From an uncultured Nitrososphaeraceae archaeon (lineage in GTDB: Archaea; Thermoproteota; Nitrososphaeria; Nitrososphaerales; Nitrososphaeraceae): a DNA stretch of 64,000 nt. The position numbers and the translations under genes are program-made. The notes below the pieces were generated by a model that saw only the letters and a program-made list of their open reading frames with translations, had not been told where the DNA came from and searched no databases. Where the stretch lies: the NCBI GenBank assembly GCA_963779615.1, contig CAVZZA010000003.1:32001-96000 (forward strand), given 5' to 3'. Shown here piece after piece: positions 56,108 to 64,000 of the stretch (position 1 is its first letter; every line of letters starts with the position of its first letter).

Positions 56108-56546
56108 TCATAACAGCCGAAAATCCTCTTTCACAGTAATCAAAACTATATGTGTATTGGTTCTGTCAACATATGGTAACGATAGGTCCCTCTTGACAAA
56201 GTCACTTAATTCCCTTCGATTCCTAAATTTAGCAACTATTATCATATCCGTCAATCCAGTGATATCATAAACTGCACAAACATTTGGGAGCTTTGAAATG
56301 TGTTTCTCAACATCGTTTATTTTATTTTTGATTGCAGTTATTTCAATTACCGCCGTCAAATCAAATCCTAACTTTACATGGTCCACTATTGCAGAATAAG
56401 ATTTTATGATATTGTCTTTTTCCAATCTTGATATCCTGTTAAGTACCTGTGGGTGGAGAGACCCCTATTTCAAATGCTATTTTTCGGTAAGAACTCCTAG
56501 CATCTGCCAATAGCCTTTTTAATATCTTTGTGTCTGTCTCATCCAT
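56108..56546 (-). pseudogene. Lrp/AsnC transcriptional regulator, frameshifted (+1 at 56446-56447)
   Basis: MDETDTKILKRLLADARSSYRKIAFEIGVSPPT joins VLNRISRLEKDNIIKSY...VYDITG..DMI if one C/G is removed. Confidence 0.88.
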
Positions 56547-56998
56547 TAATGTGATTTGAATTGTTAACTTTATAAACATAAAAACAACTCCACTTTTTTT
56601 AATAAATATTAGTCAAAAACAATAACAAACATCGCATAATTATCAAAAAGCATAATTGGATATGCCTGAAAAAAGATGCAAGTACACCACCACCGTCAAA
56701 TGCTGTTGCTAATGCATCCCTATATATCAAAATAGGGAAAGGTGTCAATCTTGGCGACTGCTCGACTTGCCTTAACTTGTATTTTTTTTATTGCGGGTCA
56801 GAATATTTGATATCCTTGTAAATCTGTCACTATCAGTTGGAATATTTAGCAATCAATACGCGCTTAACCCAAAACTGCGCCTAAATGACAGAACAATATT
56901 ATTTGAATTATCAAAACAATGCTTGATTTGGCGGTATTGCTTTGATGGAGATAATGGTTGCTCCAGGAGTAGAAATCTGTTATATGGGACAACCTTTA

Positions 56999-57391
56999 TT
57001 ATTGTTGTTTTTTTTCTTTTACTTTGCCTGACTGTCTTTCTCTTCTTTGTTCTTTTGAAGATAAAGGATTACGAAATTTGTTTAACCAGTATTTAGTCAT
57101 TCTCTCGGTACTCGTGACAGACTCCTTATACAATTCAGTCATCCTTTCTGTATTTACCGCCAGATCCTTATACAATTCAGTCATCCTTTCTGAGCTTTTG
57201 ATATATTCTTTATATATTTCAGTCATTCTTATGGTATATTCAACATATTCGTTGTACATTTCACCCAAAGCCAGGGGAGAATATTGTTGCCACCAATCCG
57301 TAATTGATTTAAATTGATTGGGATTGTTCAAGTTTTTCTTATCTATATCGATGTTGTCGTTTCCCTGTCCTTGATTTTCCTTAATATCCAT
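56999..57391 (-). CDS. Hypothetical helical protein with 14-aa repeats
   Basis: RMTE(I/L)YK recurs every 14 aa; 42-bp nucleotide repeats span 57095-57229. Confidence 0.7.
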   Translation of the reverse strand: MDIKENQGQGNDNIDIDKKNLNNPNQFKSITDWWQQYSPLALGEMYNEYVEYTIRMTEIYKEYIKSSERMTELYKDLAVNTERMTELYKESVTSTERMTKYWLNKFRNPLSSKEQRRERQSGKVKEKKQQ

Positions 57392-57805
57392 AGATACTCG
57401 ATACCTAGTCCGGGTATTTTACCATTTTTTTGTATTCCATCATAAAAAAGAGCCTTCTTAATTTTAGCTAGTCAGGTACATCAAATAATTTTTTTTGCAC
57501 TGGAAAAAAGGTATTGTGGATTAAAGGCATTAATGATGGATGACTGTTACCCCAAAAAAAAAGTCAGACAGCAATTGAGTGTAAAATAGGACTATTTTAT
57601 AACGTTTTGCAAAAGCCTCTTTATGCAGTTGCCTAATGGTTTAATTCTTTTCAAAAGAATTTTTCTTTGATTTTTTACATTTCCACATTTCCATAAATTT
57701 GACAGATAACGACAGATAACAATAAGAGGTAATTGAAAAATTGATAAAAAATAAAGGAATTCCCTCTGTGAAACATCAGTTATTAATTATAAATTGTGTT
57801 TGTAC

Positions 57806-57986
57806 GGCCCTGTTAACTTAAGGAAATTTTTCCATTATTAAGCCATTAAAAATCATGGTAAAATATTTTTTAGAAATAAATGGTCACAAATTATGCTCAA
57901 AAATAGAACAAATTCTATCTGACGGGTAAAATGAACCTAGGGAATAGTTAAAGAAAATTATTATCAATACTTAAGTTAACAGGGCC
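57806..57986. mobile_element. MITE, 181 bp, IS6-like
   Basis: Perfect 17-bp TIRs GGCCCTGTTAACTTAAG (57806-22, and reverse complement at 57970-86), flanked by the 8-bp direct repeat GTTTGTAC (57798-805 and 57987-94). Confidence 0.92.
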
Positions 57987-58253
57987 GTTTGTACAATTTG
58001 CTCAAAACCTGCATTTTGAAACAACACACAAGAAAGAATAATGCACATTATTTGACGGGTTCAGCCTATCCACCTATTGATATATTGAAACAGAAAAGGG
58101 CAGATAAACAAGCCGAATAATCCACATCATCAGCCGTCGATAGAAATTGGACATGAATTGTAGACAGGCATCATTGAATATAATCATAGAATGCACTAAT
58201 TTATGTTATCTGGCAAAGGTATCATTATATAGTTTGTTTCCCTTGTTAATATT

Positions 58254-58664
58254 ATGCCTAAACAAAACCAAAATGCGCATCCACAACAAGACGTAAACAC
58301 ACCATCAAATGTTGTTGCTAATGCATCTCGATATAACAACAATGCATCCAGATTAAACAGCACAGAGACAGGCGGCAATTCCGTTATTGCGAGTGTAGGC
58401 AAATTATTAACAGTAATGGGAGTACAAGACGACACTATCAGGACATTATCAAAGATATCGGGACAAAGTTACAACAATAGACAAATGCATGAAATGCATA
58501 ATTCATTATTCGGAGGCCCTACAGGTGATTATGGCACTGATATTAGTGACCTTTTAACTAATGCGAATAATTTTATAAAACAGCAAAATCAACAGATTCA
58601 GAAACTTTTTACTTCATGCATGCATCGCGGGCCACGGTTTACTTATCAGATGCAATCACCATAG
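58254..58664 (+). CDS. Hypothetical Asn/Gln-rich protein
   Basis: 136-aa ORF with ATG. Its N-terminal motif is duplicated at 56691-56718. Confidence 0.5.
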   Translation: MPKQNQNAHPQQDVNTPSNVVANASRYNNNASRLNSTETGGNSVIASVGKLLTVMGVQDDTIRTLSKISGQSYNNRQMHEMHNSLFGGPTGDYGTDISDLLTNANNFIKQQNQQIQKLFTSCMHRGPRFTYQMQSP

Positions 58665-58801
58665 AAAGCAAAGGTCATTGTCCAGGTTCGCCACCATCTG
58701 TTTGGTTACCTGTTGTCATAGTTCAAAGCCAAAAGCACTTTAACAATAATGCAATTTCTTGGGAATATTCCTTACTCTCCAATAACAAACACCCTGGCAA
58801 T

Positions 58802-58954
58802 TTAATTATTCATTAATCCATACATTTCTTTGACACAATTTGAACACACTTTCAAATCACCCCTATCAAATCCATACTTAACATGAACATAGTGACTTGT
58901 CTCATTATCACACACTTCGCATTTGGTTGTGTTGGTATCTAATTCCATCTTCAT
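58802..58954 (-). CDS. CxxC...CxxC zinc-finger microprotein (50 aa)
   Basis: MKMELDTNTTKCEVCDNETSHYVHVKYGFDRGDLKVCSNCVKEMYGLMNN*. Confidence 0.6.
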   Translation of the reverse strand: MKMELDTNTTKCEVCDNETSHYVHVKYGFDRGDLKVCSNCVKEMYGLMNN

Positions 58955-59843
58955 TGTTTTCCATTATTATAGAATAGCAAGCGAAACTTAAACTTTTTTT
59001 TATATTGCGAAACATACGCATAATTAATCATTCAAGTCCATTTCCAAACATTTAATTCATATGTTCCCTGTCCTTCAACACCAAATGCAGTTATATCCAA
59101 ATCAATGAATGTGAAGCAGAATTCGTAAACTTTATCTCTAACACCCTCGTGAGTTGAACTCGATAAAACAACATAGCCATAGGTTGAAAGGCAATGGTGA
59201 ACCTAATCAAGTGGCTCAGAGTAATTGGCCATAAGATTTGGCAAAGTTCATAAGTTTAACGATTGTCGGTTATGTCAGATTAAGGGACATGGATTGAAAT
59301 AAAAATAAAAAAAAATTAGTCGTTTTGATAGTCTTTACGGATTGTATTGTATCTGCCTTTCTCGATTTCCATTATGACTTTTTTCCTATGTCTTTGGATA
59401 AATCTTGAGATTCTTGTATGATATTTTTAAAGATTTCTACCAAGTTTCTATGGTTTTGAAAAATTACTTCGTCTTTTTTTAACATTTCAGTGACTCTTTA
59501 ATTCATCTTCCCCATCTTTGGAAACTTTTGCTATTGTTATTGCATTATTGATTTTTAAATATCCATCAGCACATCCAAGGTTAAATGAGAATCTTCCTCA
59601 CGCCAACAGCGTTTTGACATTCGTAATAACTAACACCTATGGTATTTTCCTCAGTAGGCATTATCGGGTCAATAAAAGCCTTGAAACCCTCTTTTCCGAA
59701 AAGTTGACTTAATATTTCTCGTATATAGTTATCAAATTTTTCGAGGTCTTCATTATAATCTTCGATTTCTTTTTGTTTTATTTTTATGCACTATTTAGAT
59801 GTTTAAAAACGAGTAGTAAAAAATGGTAAATGATATTAGAAGT

Positions 59844-59994
59844 TTAACCTGAACCGCTTGGTGGTTTATGTTCAGAATGTTCTAATTTTATATGTTCTTC
59901 TTTGTCATTCACATTGTCGAAAGTAATTTTGCATTGTTCACAGGTAAATCCTGATGAGACTGCTCTAGATTCTGTTGTTGAAGACGTACTCCAT
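59844..59994 (-). pseudogene. C2H2 zinc-finger microprotein, ATG out of frame by +1
   Basis: ATG-G-AGT...: STSSTTESRAVSSGFTCEQCKITFDNVNDKEEHIKLEHSEHKPPSGSG*, a paralogue of 3803-3946. Confidence 0.75.
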
Positions 59995-60598
59995 AATTAG
60001 TGTCTAATGGATATAAGGATTTTGAGTTTAGGTTCTGTCAAGTTTTGGGTTCATATTCAATTATATTATTTAAAATTTTCATCACAATTCATTATTAAAG
60101 TTAAAGATCTTACGGGGAAAAGTTAAATGTACCTTAATCGAACAGAACCCGATTGTCAAATGTTTTAATCACACTATAACATGAGACCGTTTTTTGCATT
60201 CCGTGCTGTTAACTTAATCGATCATTTTACTTAATATTACAGCCTTGGAATAGATTAACCCGATCAACAACATGCTTTAGTTTACACTTTTCTTCAATAT
60301 CCCTACCACAGACTTTTCAATTTTTTTCAGATACATCTTTTCATGCATGTTGAAATCCCAATTTAATCTGAACAATATAACTATTAGTTTATTTTAGCGT
60401 GCTTATTCTGTTTTGTTGTCCAAATTTTGCCATTAACAGTAAATTAAATAATTTAAACATAGGTAGAACACCAAAAGACCCAACCATCATAAAAACAATA
60501 TCCATCTATTTTACCAATACTTGAAAGTTGTTAAATGATAAAAAACAAGAATATAAAATAAAGGGAGACGGTAGTTTTCTATTTGCAATTTTCCGCCC

Positions 60599-60997
60599 CT
60601 ACGGAGCAAGTCCCTCTTTCAACTTTTCGGCTATAATATCTGATCTTGCCACAACACCAATAATCTTATTAGTATTATCCTCTACAACAGGCACCATTAC
60701 AACCTCTTTTTTAATCATAATATCAATTATGTCGTTTATTGGCGTGTCTTTATTTGCTACTGATGGATTTGGAGTCATTACATCTTTTGCTACCATGGTA
60801 TAGAGCTTTTTGCCCCCTCTTATGGCTTTTAGTACGTCAATAGCAGTCACAATACCAACAACAGAATCATTATCATTCACGACAGGCACCCCGTTAAAAT
60901 CTCCTGCAAACAGTTTAGCATTAATTTGTTCAACATTGGTGTTTTCTTTTACCATGTCAACCTGTGTGGACATTACATCTTTAGCATTCAAATCCAA
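60599..60997 (-). CDS. CBS domain pair protein
   Basis: AKDVMS...GVPVVN...VGIVTAID and AKDVMT...VPVVE...IGVVARSDI. Confidence 0.92.
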   Translation of the reverse strand: MDLNAKDVMSTQVDMVKENTNVEQINAKLFAGDFNGVPVVNDNDSVVGIVTAIDVLKAIRGGKKLYTMVAKDVMTPNPSVANKDTPINDIIDIMIKKEVVMVPVVEDNTNKIIGVVARSDIIAEKLKEGLAP

Positions 60998-61122
60998 TAC
61001 TCATTACACACCATCTTTTATCATTGTATAAAAGTTAGATATGCAACCTAAAAGGCCAATTCAATGCGTTACCTGTTTTAATGGGAGTCAGTAAACAAAT
61101 TAATTCTATTTTTTTAGATCCC

Positions 61123-62264
61123 ATACCAATTAGCACATATGTTCAAACTGCATTTTTCATCTGTTTATTTTTTAATAAATGTTTATAGCTAGGCTGATTC
61201 CATTGTCATCTTGTTCATTTGAATCTTACCAGAGAATCTTTTGAATGGATCTGTAGATGTGAACAGGATGTATAGACAAAGGAAAGTATGCTGCTTGTCC
61301 TCAACGTGATTTATCATGGTTTAATAGCTGCCAAGGTAGCCAGGGATCTCCACAGAAGTAAAGCTTGGGCCCGTGAATGGCTAAAAAAGATACTATAAGG
61401 AGGGTACAGGAGGATTAAAAAATAGACCTAAAAGCGGCAGACCACCTGAACTATCTGAAGAGATTAGTTTTAGCATAAAGAAAGAACTAAAGGAAAGCAA
61501 CCAGGGATGGACCACAAGACAGGTGGATGAACTGATTGTAAGAAAAAGTGGCATTAAGATATCATTACACCCACATATACCGCATACTTCGCAGGTGGGG
61601 CTTCAAACAGAAGGTTCCCCGAAAAACGCATGTTAATACTGCATCCAATGAAGAGAAGAATGATTTCAAAAAAAGGCCACCCAAATATTTGTGGATAGAC
61701 AACAGCAACAAAAAGAGGAGCAAAAAGAAGGCTTTTTTGCCCTAGTGTCTCTGGATGAATCCTTTTTCTTCTGTGATTCCCTGGTAAGGAGGGTTTTTTT
61801 GGGTTGATGAGAAGAAAAGACCTGTAGTGAGGGTAACAGGCTCACACAAGCATTCATGCATTTTCGGAGCCTTGAGTCTGGAAGGAAAGCAGCTGTTCAG
61901 ACATACGACAGGTTCAGTGGAGACACGTTCCTGGAGTTCCTAAAGACAATTCATTCCAGGTTTCCAAAATGCCACCTGTTTATGGACAAGGCGTCACCAC
62001 ACCACAGGTCAAGGAAGGTAAAACAAATATTTTGAGGAAAACAATGATACTCTGATACCAGCATGCCTTCCCACTGCGTCACCCGAGTTTATGGTTATGG
62101 ACGAGGTATGGAACAGCCAAGTGAGACCTGCTGGTGCTAAAACACTACCCATCCTTTTCAGATTTTAAAAACAGGATATCTCGGTATTTCAGGACAAAAA
62201 GATTCAGTCTTGCTATGAGAACCTATTTGTTAATGGATGTTCGATAACTTATGCTAAATGGTAT
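61123..62264 (+). mobile_element. Degenerate IS630-family element
   Basis: HTH fragments (SGRPP, RILRRWGFKQKVPRK), slippery A7G at 61668-75, SLDES, FMDKASPH and LPTASPEF. Ends ATACCAATTAGCA and reverse complement ATACCATTTAGCA match at 12/13. Confidence 0.88.
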
Positions 62265-62560
62265 AAATTCATTCATTATTCTTATCATAAAAAAATAAAA
62301 TAAATCCCACTAGGAAACAGCAACAACTATAACAAAGCATTTTTTATTGCGGGTATTCTTGTCGGCTATGTAATTTTGTTTCTTCTTGACGGTCAAATGA
62401 TGCATTGTATTGCACGCATCTTTATGGACTGTTTGTTTGGTGGATGGTGAGAATGATATGCAATGTTTAAAATATTTAATTGACACACCTTATAAAAATT
62501 ATTTACTTAATTTACTTCTAACAATTAGAGTTAAGCAAAAATTACAACTTTTTGGAATTA

Positions 62561-63184
62561 TCACTGCATATCAAATGCTATTCCTTCTTCCTCTGTTGCA
62601 TCCGTAACAAAAATAGCTGAATGATGATTTTCTAAAATTGTATTAGTCCACTTTCCTTCGGTATTGACTGTATTCTTACTAACATCATAATGACATAACA
62701 CCAAACCATTAAAATTTATAAGCATAGAATGATATTTTTGCTCTAGAGCCAAGTCAGCCTCGATATTCTCTTTTGTATTTAATTTATCAACAAATCTTAT
62801 TACCAGGCGAAAAGGCACGTTCAGGTCATGAAACATTTTTTCTATTATCCCTTCGGAGCCTTCAAATACACCTCTTGGATGTCTCACAACATCAGATATT
62901 TTACATATCTTTAGCAAACCTTTTTTGTTAAAATCCCTAACATTGATATTGTTACTGATCATATCCTTTTCAATAGACACTATATCATCGTCATGAGTGG
63001 CGTATACACAATATTCTCCCCTAATCAACCCATTTCTTATAAATCTGAATATAATCCTTTTACCAAATGGCGAATTCTGATAACAAAGAACAACATGCTT
63101 ATTGCTTTCTAAAGCATCTATAAATTTCAGGGGATCTTTGTATGTTTTATTAATGTCTTCATGCATAATTAGGTTAGAAATCAT
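62561..63184 (-). CDS. MEDS sensory domain protein
   Basis: HVVLCY...FRFIRNGLIRGEYCVY, LALEQ and VLCHYD...LENHHSAIF. Confidence 0.8.
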   Translation of the reverse strand: MISNLIMHEDINKTYKDPLKFIDALESNKHVVLCYQNSPFGKRIIFRFIRNGLIRGEYCVYATHDDDIVSIEKDMISNNINVRDFNKKGLLKICKISDVVRHPRGVFEGSEGIIEKMFHDLNVPFRLVIRFVDKLNTKENIEADLALEQKYHSMLINFNGLVLCHYDVSKNTVNTEGKWTNTILENHHSAIFVTDATEEEGIAFDMQ

Positions 63185-63392
63185 ATAATACCCTCTTATA
63201 GAACATTATACTATAAATGTTTTATAGTAAATATTCACATCCAAAATAGGCAGGTTTGAAAATGACCATGCAATGCTAGAACTCCAATGAGCAATTTCTG
63301 GCCCACTTTTGGTGATTCTAGAGTGCCACAAATTACACTTTGACAGAAGAGCAGGAGAAATCCTTTTAGTTGTAATCGAGAATAATTAATAA

Positions 63393-64000
63393 TTGAGTAG
63401 TGTAGCACCATTTGATTTAATTGTAATAGGGACGGGAACAGCGGGCTCAACTGCTGCAGCAGAATGTCGCTCCAAAGGATGGAGGGTCGCAATAATAGAT
63501 TCACTACCATTTGGGGGAACATGTGCTTTGCGTGGGTGTGAGCCGAAGAAAATTCTTCTTGAGGCAGCAAAGACAGTTGATTCAAACCAAAGGCACGAAA
63601 ACAAGGGCACAAGTGATTCAGAGGCAATCCAGATAAAGTGGCCTGATTTGATTCGCTTTAAAAAAACCTTTACCGATCATTTCCCAAAGCAAAGGGAGGA
63701 TAGTTATCACAATTTAGGTATCATTCCTATTCACGGTCATGCCAAATTTATTGGCCCGGCCACGCTCAAGGTGGAAAATGATGGCGAAGGTGGTGACGGT
63801 AAGGGCAACGATGTGCTGGAAGGAAAACACATTTTGATAGCAACAGGATCAAAACCCGCAAACTTGACCATTACGGGTTATGAGAATGTCATTACAAGCG
63901 ATCAGTTTTTGGAATTTGATAGAGATCATTTGCCTGATAAAATTGTATTTGTGGGTGGAGGATACGTCTCATTTGAATTTGCGCATATTTCTGTTCGCGC
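63393..64000 (+). CDS. Pyridine nucleotide-disulfide oxidoreductase (glutathione reductase/MerA-like), 3' partial
   Basis: FDLIVIGTGTAG, redox CxxxxC in GGTCALRGCEPKK, ILIATGSKP and VGGGYVSFEFA; runs off the window end. Confidence 0.92.
   Translation, partial: MSSVAPFDLIVIGTGTAGSTAAAECRSKGWRVAIIDSLPFGGTCALRGCEPKKILLEAAKTVDSNQRHENKGTSDSEAIQIKWPDLIRFKKTFTDHFPKQREDSYHNLGIIPIHGHAKFIGPATLKVENDGEGGDGKGNDVLEGKHILIATGSKPANLTITGYENVITSDQFLEFDRDHLPDKIVFVGGGYVSFEFAHISVR

Noticed and set aside
59175-59216. Bulged hairpin AGCCA-TAGGTT...AACCTA...TGGCT as an ncRNA
   Set aside because: The stems are short, it matches no RNA family I recognise, and it is compatible with chance.

Overview
Low-GC chromosomal window that looks like a soil ammonia-oxidising archaeon (Nitrososphaeraceae, probably Nitrosocosmicus-like). 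This is inferred from gene content: DnaJ-ferredoxin fusion, multicopper oxidase-cupredoxin fusion, MEDS, CBS and class III cyclase proteins, C2H2 microproteins, and long AT-rich spacers. Most of it is accessory: scattered single genes, four recognisable degraded IS elements (three IS5, one IS630), an IS6-type MITE with a perfect 8-bp target duplication, several microproteins below the ORF-track cutoff, and several genes broken by single-base insertions. The most notable locus is a tightly coupled operon at 49.7-56.0 kb: type I glutamine synthetase plus a glutamate-synthase-like enzyme split into four genes (active FMN barrel, degenerate FMN barrel, class II amidotransferase, GXGXG beta-helix). 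It carries a ~320-bp tandem duplication that creates a GltB/GlnA chimeric mini-ORF, and a convergent frameshifted Lrp regulator. A voltage-gated channel with a CavMr-like filter (TLEGWVE) also stands out. I saw no rRNA, tRNA or CRISPR array. All family assignments come from motif recognition by eye, not database searches.
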